Shown here: one piece after another, positions 17,295-28,173 of the stretch
Layout: each line of letters opens with the position of its first letter
Numbering within the stretch: the first letter of the stretch is position 1
Sequence record: NZ_CP090008.1
Length of the DNA stretch: 64,000 nucleotides
From: a plasmid
Reading direction: 5' to 3' (one strand)
The notes under the pieces: generated by a model
What the model was told of the DNA's origin: nothing
Seen by the model: the letters and a program-made list of their open reading frames with translations, nothing else
The model's database searches: none
Translations under genes and position numbers: made by a program

Positions 17295-18605
17295 ATGGAT
17301 AAAAACAAACGTTCAATGATCCTAAAATCTGGAGCTTTTTTAACAGCCCTTGTAGCAACAGGTTTGGTTAATAATGGGGTATCAGCAGACGAAACTGCCG
17401 CACCAACTGGACCAACAGATAATGCTACTGTTGCGACTGGACACTCCGATACACTTCTTCCTCCCGCTTCATCAACACCAGCGACACCCGGTACCAATAC
17501 TACAGATGTCCCAACTGCTGAAGCACCTAAAGTTGACACTCCAAAAAATGAAGGTGTAACAACTGAGACACCTAAAGTAACTGACGGTTCTACTGGTACA
17601 GGTGTAGCTACACCTACGACTTCTGAAAATGCAAATACAACTGCTGAAACGTCTACAGTTACCTCTGAAGGAAGTGAAGGAAACTCTACTTCTGATACAA
17701 CTTCAACTGCATCAGAAACACCTACCCCTTCAGAGCACACAGTAACTGAAACTCCTACTAAGCCTAACGCTACGGATACTGCTAATACTAACCATAATAG
17801 TGAAAATAACACTAGCAGTAGCAGTGAAAGTTCAACAAATCCTGTTAATGATAAAGGGTCAACTGTTGCCACACCAACTCCAGCACCAACTGAAGGGAAT
17901 AACGCTTCAAGTTCTGAAGCACCTAGTGGCTCATCAACTTCAGCTGAATCTTCTTCAACAAGTTCAGAAACACCAAAAGTATCTGATGGAACATCTGGAA
18001 CAGGTGTAAGTTTGCCAAGTAGCGAAGGAACAACATCTTCTGAGAAATCATCAACCTCTCCAGAACTATCTGAAACTGCTATAAATACACCTCATATTCT
18101 TGACGGAACTAATGGAACTGGTGTCTCTACGCCATCTGAACATAAATCAGACAATCGTACAGAAGTAGCTTCAACTTCAGCAGCATCTTCAAACAAAGTA
18201 GTTGAGTCTCCTAAAACTGAAGAAACTCCTAAAGTTAGCGACACGAATGTTCAAGAAGCACCTAAACCAGGGGACGTTTCTCCTTCAACAAAACAAGTTG
18301 TACTTAATGTGACTCCTAGTCAACCAGTCGTCACAAATACTGGTTATAAAGTTGTCTCAACAAACAATAGTGATCTTATCGTACAAAACTTCGATGGTTC
18401 TGTAGCCTCAGTTCCAGCTTCACAGGCAGGAGGAGCAGTGAATGAGGATGGAACTGTCTCTGTTAAGACCGAGGCAGGAGAAATGGTAACACTTCCTGAA
18501 ACAGGGGAAGCTGGAACAAAACTCGTTACCTTTGGATTCTTGATTTTGGCAGCACTTGGTCTTCAACGTACAGCTGTAAAACAAGATAAATGGTACTCAA
18601 ACTAA
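17295..18605 (+). CDS. LPXTG cell-wall-anchored Ser/Thr-rich surface protein
   Basis: Signal peptide; LPETG + hydrophobic + basic tail; internal repeats TPKV(T/S)DG(S/T)(T/S)GTGV. Confidence 0.85.
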   Translation: MDKNKRSMILKSGAFLTALVATGLVNNGVSADETAAPTGPTDNATVATGHSDTLLPPASSTPATPGTNTTDVPTAEAPKVDTPKNEGVTTETPKVTDGSTGTGVATPTTSENANTTAETSTVTSEGSEGNSTSDTTSTASETPTPSEHTVTETPTKPNATDTANTNHNSENNTSSSSESSTNPVNDKGSTVATPTPAPTEGNNASSSEAPSGSSTSAESSSTSSETPKVSDGTSGTGVSLPSSEGTTSSEKSSTSPELSETAINTPHILDGTNGTGVSTPSEHKSDNRTEVASTSAASSNKVVESPKTEETPKVSDTNVQEAPKPGDVSPSTKQVVLNVTPSQPVVTNTGYKVVSTNNSDLIVQNFDGSVASVPASQAGGAVNEDGTVSVKTEAGEMVTLPETGEAGTKLVTFGFLILAALGLQRTAVKQDKWYSN

Positions 18606-18623
18606 GAAAGGTGATTATTTTAA

Positions 18624-21164
18624 ATGTTTAAAGACTCAAATAACACGAAAGGACATGGCTCTATTCGTAAGAATAAGGTCTATGGAGCAGTAGGTGTACT
18701 TGCACTCGGTGCTGCAGCAATCGTTGGAGGAACTTCTCAAGCATCCGCAGATGAAGTAACTGAAGCTCCTGTAAATTCAGAACCAGTTGCGACCTCACAA
18801 GCAAACGCAGACAGCCTTATGTCACAAGCTACAGCTGTTGCGACTTCAGATGTCTCTACTCCAACAACCATAGCGACTGCAACAAACACTACTGATTCAC
18901 AACCTACTGAAACAGTAGCAGAAGTAGCTACTACACAACCAGTAAGTACTAATGATAATAATGCTTACGCTGAAAAGGCTAATACATCTACTGAAGCTGA
19001 AAAGGTAACTATCGACAACACAGCTGTCACAGATGCAGTTGCTACTGCAAAAGACAGTGGGGTTAAAGTAACACAAGATGCTACGCAAGACAAAGGGACA
19101 CCAACCACAAGTGAAGACCTCGCAACAAAGCAAGCTGAAATCAAGGCCGACCAAAATGAACAAGTAGCTACAATCAAACAAGCTACCCAGGACGCATCTG
19201 GACGCCAATCAGCCTATGATGCAGCTGACAAAGCTCACGACACACTTGAAACTCAAGTAGACAAAGCGGTTAAAGATAGTAATGGACTTATTAAAGCTGA
19301 AGCTACTGAAATCTCAAGTGGGGATGGTAAAAATGTAGGTGATTACAACACCTATACTGAACAGGTTAACAAGCAGATTGCTTCGAACAAAGAAACCATC
19401 GACAAATTTAACAAAGATTATGCTGCTATGAAGGATAATGCTAACGTTAATGTTGATGGACGTGTGACAACACAAAATGTTGATCAATTGACTTACGGGA
19501 ACTCTGTTCAAAATGGTAGTGTTAATCCAGACGGCACCTTCTCATTCACGCACGATATGAATGACTCAGCTAATGATAGCTTGGGTGTTTTGGGTACAGG
19601 TACCCTTAATGGTAAGGTTAATTTCACGTCTGCTGCTAACGGAGACGGTTCGACAACCGTAACACTTAATAGTCTCGATTTGTGGAACTATGCTTATACA
19701 AGTAACCGTCTGAATACTGGTGTTAACCAAAATCTTAACTACCACGTTTACACAGACGGAGAAGAAATCTACTCAGTAAACCATGATGGTAACTCAAGCT
19801 TTGCGGAAGATATCAATCGTAGTATTGCACTTAACAAGTCCTATGTCTTGAAACCAGGCGAAACTACTGGTATTATCCCAATTCTTAACATCGATGATAA
19901 TTGGATTATCAATACTCATGGTCAGTTAAGTCTCGATTTCACTAATCCAAACACTGTACCATCAGCTACAGTTAAAAAGGTTAATGAACCTGTTAAACCA
20001 GAAATTCCATCAGCAAGTTATCATGACTACAGTATGAATTATCAACCAACTGTAACTAAGACTGTCCTCAACAGCGACGGTGAAAATGTTAATGGTAAGA
20101 TGATTCCTAAAAATGATGAACATACCTATGTTTTGAATAACGGAAACATCTTTGCCAATGCAAAGGTTGGCGATACTGTGACAACTCGTGATCCACTTGA
20201 ATTCGGAGAAGTTCCAAATATCGAAGCCAACAAGACTGAAAATGAGGCTAAAGGTTGGAACGTTGATTATGATGAGGCTTCTAAGACTTACACATTTACA
20301 GCCAAATATGATGGGAAAACTCTTGAAGCACCTACAATCAAGTTCGTAGCAACGGACGATAACGGTTTCTACGATAATACTTATAAAGCTGGTCGTAACG
20401 GTTACGAAACCTTCTCTGATACTGTCACTAACAAGACGCCAACAGCTCCTAAGCCACATAAGTCTGTTACAGACTCAAAAGGAAATGACATCGATGGCCA
20501 AACGACATCTGATGATAAAGTCAACTTCCATTTGACAACTGACTATAGTCCATATAAAGACATGGCCGCTTCTAAGAAAGCTCTCGAATTTGCACTTCTC
20601 GATGACGTGCAAGATGGTGCCTTCACTGTAGATGAAGATGCTATTACTATTCGCGATAGCAATAACAAAGATGTCAAAGAACTCTTTGATATGTATCACG
20701 TACTTTCGGATGAAGGACGTACTGATGCCATCAACAAGATCCTAGAAAAATCTGGTCTTAATCCAACTGGTGAGTTCTATCTCTGGGTAGCCAAAAATCC
20801 AGTTGATTATTACCAAAACTACATTCTTAAGAACAATAATGTAACAGTTAATCTCCCTGCTACATTGAAAGTCCCTGCAGGTACTACTGTAGAAAATGAT
20901 TTCTATCAGATTGATTTTGGTAATGCCTATAAATCAAATCTTGTTTCATTCGATACACCACCAGCAGCACCAGTAGGAGAGTCTGGCGGACCTACTTCTA
21001 CCCCAGTAACTCCAGTAGAAGAAGTGCCTGTCCAACAACAAGCTATTAAGGTTCTTCCTAATACTGGTGAAAAATCAACTTCAGCGTTTGCTGCAGTAGG
21101 AGCAGTTATTCTAGCTACTACACTAGGTATGCTTGGTTTCTCAAAACGTAGTAAAGAATGCTAA
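18624..21164 (+). CDS. Large LPXTG-anchored adhesin with YSIRK-like signal peptide
   Basis: GSIRKNKVYGAVGV signal; C-terminal LPNTG sorting signal. Confidence 0.8.
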   Translation: MFKDSNNTKGHGSIRKNKVYGAVGVLALGAAAIVGGTSQASADEVTEAPVNSEPVATSQANADSLMSQATAVATSDVSTPTTIATATNTTDSQPTETVAEVATTQPVSTNDNNAYAEKANTSTEAEKVTIDNTAVTDAVATAKDSGVKVTQDATQDKGTPTTSEDLATKQAEIKADQNEQVATIKQATQDASGRQSAYDAADKAHDTLETQVDKAVKDSNGLIKAEATEISSGDGKNVGDYNTYTEQVNKQIASNKETIDKFNKDYAAMKDNANVNVDGRVTTQNVDQLTYGNSVQNGSVNPDGTFSFTHDMNDSANDSLGVLGTGTLNGKVNFTSAANGDGSTTVTLNSLDLWNYAYTSNRLNTGVNQNLNYHVYTDGEEIYSVNHDGNSSFAEDINRSIALNKSYVLKPGETTGIIPILNIDDNWIINTHGQLSLDFTNPNTVPSATVKKVNEPVKPEIPSASYHDYSMNYQPTVTKTVLNSDGENVNGKMIPKNDEHTYVLNNGNIFANAKVGDTVTTRDPLEFGEVPNIEANKTENEAKGWNVDYDEASKTYTFTAKYDGKTLEAPTIKFVATDDNGFYDNTYKAGRNGYETFSDTVTNKTPTAPKPHKSVTDSKGNDIDGQTTSDDKVNFHLTTDYSPYKDMAASKKALEFALLDDVQDGAFTVDEDAITIRDSNNKDVKELFDMYHVLSDEGRTDAINKILEKSGLNPTGEFYLWVAKNPVDYYQNYILKNNNVTVNLPATLKVPAGTTVENDFYQIDFGNAYKSNLVSFDTPPAAPVGESGGPTSTPVTPVEEVPVQQQAIKVLPNTGEKSTSAFAAVGAVILATTLGMLGFSKRSKEC

Positions 21165-21255
21165 GATACCACCCACTTCTTAAAAAATCCTTTTCCCTAT
21201 TCTAAATTCATAATTCCCTAAAAGCACAGCTCACAAGAGTTGTGCTTTTTTAAGA

Positions 21256-21269
21256 GGTGTCACTGGGTT
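21256..21269 (+). promoter_or_regulatory. Motif GGTGTCACTGGGTT, 21 nt upstream of TATAAT (copy 2)
   Basis: See copy 1. Confidence 0.5.
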
Positions 21270-21412
21270 ACAAATAGATATTTGTTTTCCTATAATAAAG
21301 AAGTACTTTAAAACAAACTAGGAAGGAAGTTATTGCTTATATGAGAACTGATAATTTATATAATTATGAACTTATGAAATCAAGACCATATAGGTAGAAA
21401 GAAGGTATCTAT

Positions 21413-22066
21413 TTGAAAAATAATAAATTAATGTTCATGTTGCTGATGAAATGGTTTGCTGAAAGTATTTATTTCCTTGAAATCATATTTATAATAGCCA
21501 CTTCAGTTCTGTTATTAGCAAACAATATTTTCAATGTTTCAACAAAGACGATTCATATTGTCGCCCTGGTGTTACTAGTGTTTTATGTATGTATTGGTTT
21601 GTTATTAGCTAACCGAAAAAATAAATTTACGATGTCAGTTAATTACTTTAAATTGATAGGAGCACTAGCTTATATCGTCCTGATCACCACTCTAAAAGGT
21701 ATTGTGTTTGATATTTTGACACATCCACTGGTTACCTTAGAGATTGCACTTCCATATTTTTTAGCTATTGGCTTACGAAATTTCAGTAAGAGCCAGATAA
21801 CAAAAATCATTTTTGATGACCGTCATAACGCAAATATCAGAGGACGATTTGATTCTGTAGAAAATATAAAGGATTCTATGCGTACATCTATAGCTAGTAG
21901 CATTACTCCTGAATTTAATGGACTTATGGAAATCAGAGATGAAAAATTTAGGCAAGACACAAAGGGTAATGTAGCTGGAATGTTCAAGGTCTTGCTAAAA
22001 TCCGGATTTCTTGGGTTTAAACATATCCCATTGACTAAAGTAACACTGACATTTAACTTAGAATAA
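21413..22066 (+). CDS. Hypothetical integral membrane protein
   Basis: ORF, 4 TM. Confidence 0.5.
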   Translation: MKNNKLMFMLLMKWFAESIYFLEIIFIIATSVLLLANNIFNVSTKTIHIVALVLLVFYVCIGLLLANRKNKFTMSVNYFKLIGALAYIVLITTLKGIVFDILTHPLVTLEIALPYFLAIGLRNFSKSQITKIIFDDRHNANIRGRFDSVENIKDSMRTSIASSITPEFNGLMEIRDEKFRQDTKGNVAGMFKVLLKSGFLGFKHIPLTKVTLTFNLE

Positions 22067-22078
22067 GAGGTAATCACG

Positions 22079-22648
22079 ATGAAGAAAAATATTTTAACAA
22101 CGGAACAAGCAAGTTTTTTGAAGCAGTACAATTTCTCTCTATACCAGGAACGTTTTGAGGTACTATGTAAAGCTCAAAAAGCTGAAAAGGATGGGCATCT
22201 AAATTTTGCCTCGGACGATGAATATAAAACATTTATTGATGCTGTAATGACTGGAGAATGGTCTGAAGAACTCTTTATGATCAACCTATCAAATCCTATT
22301 GGATGTGAACATTTCCTTGCAGCACGAGAAGATGACAATGGCGGAATAATTTGGGATGTCGTCGATTATAGTGAGGGAGACCGCTTCACTAAAGAACAAA
22401 TCCAGACGATTGTTCCAGAGGCATATCGATATAGTGCCTTTATGGTCTCTGAGATTGCTGCAGACAAAGACTGGGGTCCAGAAGCTCAACACCAACGACT
22501 TGAACAAGCTAAAAAGCAAGCCCAAGAACATGAAAAGCCTATCGAGAACTTTCCAAAACCTCGTGTAATCACAGAAGAAGAAAGACATGATGACTATACA
22601 CAAAGTTCTATCAGAACAGTAGCAGCAACCTTGAGACCTGCACAATAA
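22079..22648 (+). CDS. Hypothetical cytoplasmic protein
   Basis: ORF, SD, followed by terminator. Confidence 0.5.
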   Translation: MKKNILTTEQASFLKQYNFSLYQERFEVLCKAQKAEKDGHLNFASDDEYKTFIDAVMTGEWSEELFMINLSNPIGCEHFLAAREDDNGGIIWDVVDYSEGDRFTKEQIQTIVPEAYRYSAFMVSEIAADKDWGPEAQHQRLEQAKKQAQEHEKPIENFPKPRVITEEERHDDYTQSSIRTVAATLRPAQ

Positions 22649-22695
22649 TCATAGGACTAGCTAAGGATAGCATATAGTGATGCTAAGTGTGAATA

Positions 22696-22770
22696 TAAAA
22701 AAAGACCAACATCATTTTTGATGTTGGTCTTCATTCTGAGCTGGACTGAGGTCCGGCTTTTTTTGATGAG
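22696..22770 (+). terminator. Tandem hairpins + T-run (rho-independent terminator)
   Basis: aagaccaacatcatttttgatgttggtctt … gctggactgaggtccggcttttttt. Confidence 0.6.
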
Positions 22771-23257
22771 TTTAAGTATTTTGTGTGAATATTATGAGCT
22801 TCTTTTCTAAAAGTTTGGAGTTACTTTATAAAATGATATTGAGTTTGTGTGTCGTATTTATGTATTGTGAAATAAATTGTGTTGATAATTTCTTTTATGG
22901 AGAGTATTTTTCAATTTTTAGGGAAAATTATACCGTTATTTAAAAAAATTTTAAAGAGTAGAATTATTTGGATGCTTTTAAGAAAAATTAAATTAGAAAT
23001 CATGATGAATATGTGAAGGTTTAGCTTTCTGCGTCCTCAAAAAATTAAAGGAAAATAAAACGAGCATATATTGGCATTTTCACTGCAATTGTAATGATTT
23101 TACGCTTTTTTAAATTGTGTAAAAACAGTTGTTTTTTAATTATCAATCTAATCTTAATAATAATTAAATGATAATAATAGTTCTAAAATATATTGAAAAA
23201 CCTTATTTTAAAAGAATTTATTAACTCGAAATAATGATTTAAATTTTCAAAAAATAC

Positions 23258-23400
23258 TTGACACCCTTAAATTTCGGGAGTAAAATTCTAATAGTTGTAA
23301 ATAATTATTCATCCAGGGTTAATTTCGCGCCAGCCTACGCGGGCGCGAATACGGGGTTAAACCCCGGAACCCCTTATTATTTTTGAAAACAAATTATTTT
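23258..23400 (+). promoter_or_regulatory. Consensus sigma-A promoter (TTGACA-17-TAAAAT) plus GC-rich structured 5' leader (hairpins TTCGCGCC…GGCGCGAA and GGGG…CCCC…CCCC+U-run)
   Basis: Direct reading; GC-rich palindromes in AT-rich intergenic DNA. Confidence 0.5.
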
Positions 23401-23417
23401 ATTGAGGGATAACACTT

Positions 23418-26192
23418 ATGAAAGAAACAAACAACAAAATGAAATTTATCGCTGGTACTGCTGCAATTGTAGCTGCGGCTTGTGCAACAGGTGTTGTAAA
23501 TGCTGATGAAGTAACAGTAACTACACCAGACACAAATGCTGTATCTGAAACACAAGCTCAATCAACCGTTACTGAACAACAAGTATCAGATGCAAAACAA
23601 AATATGGAAAAAGCTGAAACAGCCGCTGTTATTCAAGAATCAGCAACTGGTTTGGCTCAAAATCAAGTAAATGACGCTCAAAATCAAGTGAATGCTGCTC
23701 AAAGTCAAGTGACTGACGCACAAGCAACAGCAGCACAAGCGACACCTGAAGCCATCGCTCAAGCTACTAATGCGATCACAACAGCTGACAGTCACGTACC
23801 TGTTGCAGAAAAGGCAGTAACTGAAGCACAAGCTACCGCTACAAACGCTCAAACGGCTGTGACAAACCAAAAAGCTGTTGTATCAGACGCTCAAGCGGCT
23901 GCAGATAAGTCACAAGCTAAAAGTGACGCTGCTCAAGCAAAAGTAGATGCTCTTGCAAAAGAATCGACAGATGTATCAACAGCTCAAGATAATGTAACAG
24001 TGGCAGAAGCAACTGTAGTACGAGCTAAATCAGATGTGAAAACAGCTGAAACAAACCTTGAAACAGCTAAAAAGGCAGATTCAAAACTTGACCAAGCAAT
24101 TTCAGATGCAAACGGTTCCGTATCAACAGCTGAACAAGGTGTTAAAGATGCAAAACAAACTGTAACAGCCAAAGAAACTGTCGTAAGTCAAGCACAAGCA
24201 GCCTTTGACCAAGCAAAAGCGGCTGCAGATACTGTCAAACCATTAGCGACATGGGAATCAAAAGTTAATATTCCAGAAGAATACTTGAATGCATTGAAGA
24301 AATGGGTGAATGCTAAAGGTGCTGACCGCACGCAAGCAGCTAAAGACGCTCTTGCAATTTATAACGCGCTTCCAATCACAACAGATTCCAACATCATTAA
24401 CCAATATACTAAAATCGTACATGTTTATGATGGTGATATCCATTACGACGCAAACGATAATGGGATTTGTAATTACTTTTATCCAGACACAATTAAAGTA
24501 TATGATGATACTAAATATGATGTCGAAAATCTCCCAGAAAACGTGAACAATATTGTAAACCAATATTTTATAGATCAAGTTAATGCCTTTCGTCATGCAC
24601 TAGGTCTACCCGATGCAACACTTAACACTTTAATGATGGATGTTGCAAAAGCACGCGCAGTGAAATACAACGCATTACGTGATAACACTAATGACTTTGG
24701 TCCTGACCTCTCATTTTGGCTTTCAACACAAGCAGAAGTCAATCCCGAATTGAAGAACTTGCTTGTTATAGAAAACTTAACAAATCAACCTCACTTCAAA
24801 CCGTTCTCAGGTGATTTGGCATACAAACGATCTCATTATGCAACATTAAGCGAAATTCTAGAGGGTGTTCGTGAAGCTGTATTTTTATTCACAGTGGATG
24901 ATGGGACAAATTATTATGGTCATACAGCTAGTTTGACGGACTACGACCAACAAGGTATTTCAATGTACCTACAAGACAACAGTAATTCGTTTATTGAAGT
25001 TCCAGCAGAATTCAATGTTGTAAACGCAATGTCAAGATTGAGTGACGCTCAATTTAACCAAGACTTTGCAGGTGGTCATGTATATGATGTATTGTTAGCA
25101 GGTCGAGCAAACTTTGAGCCAAGTGTAGATGCATACAATAAAGTAGTATTGAAACAAACAACTGCAGGTGTTGCGTTGAAAGCTGCTCAAGAAGATGTTA
25201 CCGTAGCTAAAACAGCAGTCACAACGGCTCAAAAGGCTGTCGATGACGCAAAAGCAAAAGTAGCAGAGCTTGAATCACGTGAACGTCAAACACCAAAAGC
25301 AGAAGCTGAATTGAGTGCTGCTCAAGCTAAGTTGACAGAAGCTGAAGGTAAACTTGCAGTGGCTAAAGTTGTGCTTGCATCCGTAACAGCTGAAGAAGCA
25401 ACTAAAGCCCAAGCGCTTGCACAAGCAAAAGCAGATGCTAAAGTTGCAAAAGAAAAATCTGATGATGCAATGGTTGCACTTGCAACTGAACAAGCTAAAT
25501 TGGCAGAACTTAAATCAGTAGCTGAAAAAGCAAATAACGATGTTGTTAATGCTCAAAAAGCTCTTGACGACGCAAAATTGGCTGTAGAAGCTGCAAAAGC
25601 TCATAAAACTGAATTAGAAAATGCGCAAGCTAACCTTGCAGCCGCTCAAGTTAACCTTGCAGCCGCTCAAGTTAAACTTGTCAACGCTCAAGCTAAACTT
25701 GCCGCTGAACAAGCTAAACTTACAGACGCTCGTAGCAAATATGCATCAGCTAAATCAGAATATGAAACCGTGTTGACTAAATATGAAGTTCAAAAAGCGT
25801 TAGATGATGCTAAAAAAGGTAATATTGTGACACCTGATACTAAACCTGAAACTGGTAAAACTGACAATTCTAAGCCAGAAAATAAAGAAGTTGAGCCAGA
25901 AACTGACGTTGTAAAACCAAATCAAGGTGCAAAAGCTAAATATGACGATGTTGTGGCACCGAAAGTGGTAAGCAGTCAAGGCGAAGCAGCACCAGTATCA
26001 GTATCTAAATTCAACAAGACACAAGAACAAACAGTCAACACTGTAGCAGAAGCTACCGCAGTAGCTGTTAAAGCCGGACATCGTCACACACTTCCAGAAA
26101 CAGGTGATAATGATGGTGTTATTGCAAGTGTTGCAGGTATTGGTCTTCTTGGCCTTCTTGGATTTGTTGGTCGCAAACGTAAGGAAAACTAA
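23418..26192 (+). CDS. LPXTG-anchored alanine-rich coiled-coil surface protein with central globular domain (M-like / SEC10-PrgA-like architecture)
   Basis: Signal peptide, LPETG, long A/Q/K-rich heptad regions with tandem repeats (AQANLAAAQVNLAAAQVKL…). Confidence 0.75.
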   Translation: MKETNNKMKFIAGTAAIVAAACATGVVNADEVTVTTPDTNAVSETQAQSTVTEQQVSDAKQNMEKAETAAVIQESATGLAQNQVNDAQNQVNAAQSQVTDAQATAAQATPEAIAQATNAITTADSHVPVAEKAVTEAQATATNAQTAVTNQKAVVSDAQAAADKSQAKSDAAQAKVDALAKESTDVSTAQDNVTVAEATVVRAKSDVKTAETNLETAKKADSKLDQAISDANGSVSTAEQGVKDAKQTVTAKETVVSQAQAAFDQAKAAADTVKPLATWESKVNIPEEYLNALKKWVNAKGADRTQAAKDALAIYNALPITTDSNIINQYTKIVHVYDGDIHYDANDNGICNYFYPDTIKVYDDTKYDVENLPENVNNIVNQYFIDQVNAFRHALGLPDATLNTLMMDVAKARAVKYNALRDNTNDFGPDLSFWLSTQAEVNPELKNLLVIENLTNQPHFKPFSGDLAYKRSHYATLSEILEGVREAVFLFTVDDGTNYYGHTASLTDYDQQGISMYLQDNSNSFIEVPAEFNVVNAMSRLSDAQFNQDFAGGHVYDVLLAGRANFEPSVDAYNKVVLKQTTAGVALKAAQEDVTVAKTAVTTAQKAVDDAKAKVAELESRERQTPKAEAELSAAQAKLTEAEGKLAVAKVVLASVTAEEATKAQALAQAKADAKVAKEKSDDAMVALATEQAKLAELKSVAEKANNDVVNAQKALDDAKLAVEAAKAHKTELENAQANLAAAQVNLAAAQVKLVNAQAKLAAEQAKLTDARSKYASAKSEYETVLTKYEVQKALDDAKKGNIVTPDTKPETGKTDNSKPENKEVEPETDVVKPNQGAKAKYDDVVAPKVVSSQGEAAPVSVSKFNKTQEQTVNTVAEATAVAVKAGHRHTLPETGDNDGVIASVAGIGLLGLLGFVGRKRKEN

Positions 26193-26672
26193 TCAATTGA
26201 TTAGGGGCAAAGCATAAGGGTTGTAGAACGACGAGATTATAAACTTTCTTGAGCAAGCGAGTGATGGTTCGATAGCCGTAAATAAAGTGATTTTCCATAC
26301 AGAGTTGTTCGATTTTATCTGCTATTTCATCTCTTTTCTGAGAATTCTTATACTCCTGTTTCCAGCGGTAAAAGGTTGAGCGTTTGACACCGAAACACTC
26401 TAAAATGATTGATACAGGACACGTTTTCTTATACTCTTCCACTAGCTTGATAAGACTTACTTTGTAGATTCTCTTACCAAGCTCTGATACTTTTTTAGTA
26501 ATTCTACCTGCAAACGTAACTGTTCTACTTCGGATAACTGTTTCATCCCTTTACCATAGGTATATTGTTTCCCCACAGGTTGGTGGAAACGGTACAATTC
26601 ATCATTCTGAGGATAGCATATAGTGATGCTATCCTTTTTGTATTGAATCATATACCACGCGCAACACTTCAC
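26119..26672 (-). mobile_element. IS3-family remnant (OrfA fragment + OrfB N-terminal HTH fragment)
   Basis: …STFYRWKQEY… (HTH_21) and leucine-zipper OrfA C-term; truncated. Confidence 0.6.
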
Positions 26673-26791
26673 TTCACAACTCTAGTAATTTTCTTGAATA
26701 ATAATCAAAAGACTACTTTAAAATATGAGAATGTTTAAGTATAATAAAAACAGAATACTTAATAGGAAGTCCCCGTTAGCTATTTGGGGTA

Positions 26792-27997
26792 ATGAACACT
26801 TGGTTTTTGGAGATTAAAATGAAATCTGATTTTATGAAAAGAATTAATACAAGGAAAAGTGCCATAATTTCTCTTATCGCACTATTTTGTTTCGGTATAG
26901 GGTACTATGTACTTGCAATTTCACCACATCAAAGAGCGGTACAGTCATTTAATGAAGTAACAGCCAAAATTCAAAAAGAAAACCGTAGCTTAGAGGAAAC
27001 AATCAAAGTATCTAAGAAACTACTTAGTTGTAAAGATAAACCCTTAGACGAAAAGCTGACGGTTGAGTTAAAAAACGAAGTCTCAACTGCTGAAAAGAAG
27101 AAACAAGTAATTCCTAAAATTAAAAAGAAAACAAGCGACATCAATAAACAAGTTAAATCACTAAAAAAACCAATTAACTACACAACAGAGATAAAAGAAC
27201 TTCAAGATAAAAACCAGAAGTATTCAACAAGTGTTAAGCAGTTAAAACAAATTACAAATCCTTCCAATACATTTGTGGAAAGTCGTCTTAAGGAAATTGA
27301 TACGATTTCAGATGTTCAGTCAGCCACAGAAGATAATGATCCAAACCAAGGCTTAAACAAACAAGGAAGTTATACGGCAGCAGTTTATTTCTCTGACAAT
27401 GAAGTGACTAATCCAGTTGCTGGTGCTGATTTAGTAGCAAAAGGTACGGATGCAGGGGGATGCGTAGAGGTTTATAAAACGGTAGAAGATGCCAAAAAAC
27501 GAAATGACTATTTAAGTGCTTTCGATGGCCTTCCAACTGTCATTAACCCTGGTTCACACTATGTTTATGGAACGGTTGTTATTCGTGTCGCAGCATCATT
27601 AACGGCATCACAACAAAATGCTTTGACGCAAAAGATATATGAGAAGTTAATTGAGATTAAAGATGATAGCACAAGCAAAAACTCCTCAAAAACGGAAATC
27701 CCATCCTCTACGAAACCATCATCATCTAGTTCAAGCTCTACTCAAGCAACTGTTAGTGAATCAGCTCAGAGTAACACCAAAACGGTAGCTGGAAGTGCCC
27801 CAACAACACCTGCACAACAACAAGATCCTGGAGTTACCGAATCATCAAAAGAAACGATGTTGAATCCTGAATATCATAGCCATATTGATGAAAATGGTTA
27901 TAATTCACTCTTGGGTGCCTATGTCCTAGATAATAACAATGGGGGAAACAACTCTAATACTACTACCGAGTCGTCAGCAACAGAAAGTTCTGAATAA
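26792..27997 (+). CDS. Hypothetical membrane-anchored extracellular protein, coiled coil + Ser-rich C-terminus
   Basis: N-terminal TM; no LPXTG. Confidence 0.5.
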   Translation: MNTWFLEIKMKSDFMKRINTRKSAIISLIALFCFGIGYYVLAISPHQRAVQSFNEVTAKIQKENRSLEETIKVSKKLLSCKDKPLDEKLTVELKNEVSTAEKKKQVIPKIKKKTSDINKQVKSLKKPINYTTEIKELQDKNQKYSTSVKQLKQITNPSNTFVESRLKEIDTISDVQSATEDNDPNQGLNKQGSYTAAVYFSDNEVTNPVAGADLVAKGTDAGGCVEVYKTVEDAKKRNDYLSAFDGLPTVINPGSHYVYGTVVIRVAASLTASQQNALTQKIYEKLIEIKDDSTSKNSSKTEIPSSTKPSSSSSSSTQATVSESAQSNTKTVAGSAPTTPAQQQDPGVTESSKETMLNPEYHSHIDENGYNSLLGAYVLDNNNGGNNSNTTTESSATESSE

Positions 27998-28173
27998 GTT
28001 GCTTATAACTCTATACTCTATTTTAAAAAGAATTAGAAGACTACTGAAAACGCCAATTGCAGCTATTGGTGTTTTTTTACTATCAAAGCTATTGGCAACA
28101 CTGTATCACTTGAAAACCTCACCAAAATAGTCTATACTTTTGTTAGCTTATAAACTAACAAAAGAGGTGGCAC

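Noticed and set aside
17273-17872. 199-aa minus-strand ORF and other antisense ORFs (17374-17559, 17800-18009, 18897-19208, 18965-19177, 20010-20459, 23640-24596, 25275-25493) inside LPXTG genes
   Set aside because: They lie antisense or out of frame within long, well-supported surface-protein genes with repetitive low-complexity codons. They have no RBS and a composition-driven open frame.
22790-22940. 49-aa Cys-containing ORF (MSFFSKSLELLYKMILSLCVVFMYCEINCVDNFFYGEYFSIFRENYTVI) in AT-rich intergenic region
   Set aside because: No ribosome-binding site; AT-rich DNA yields such ORFs by chance.
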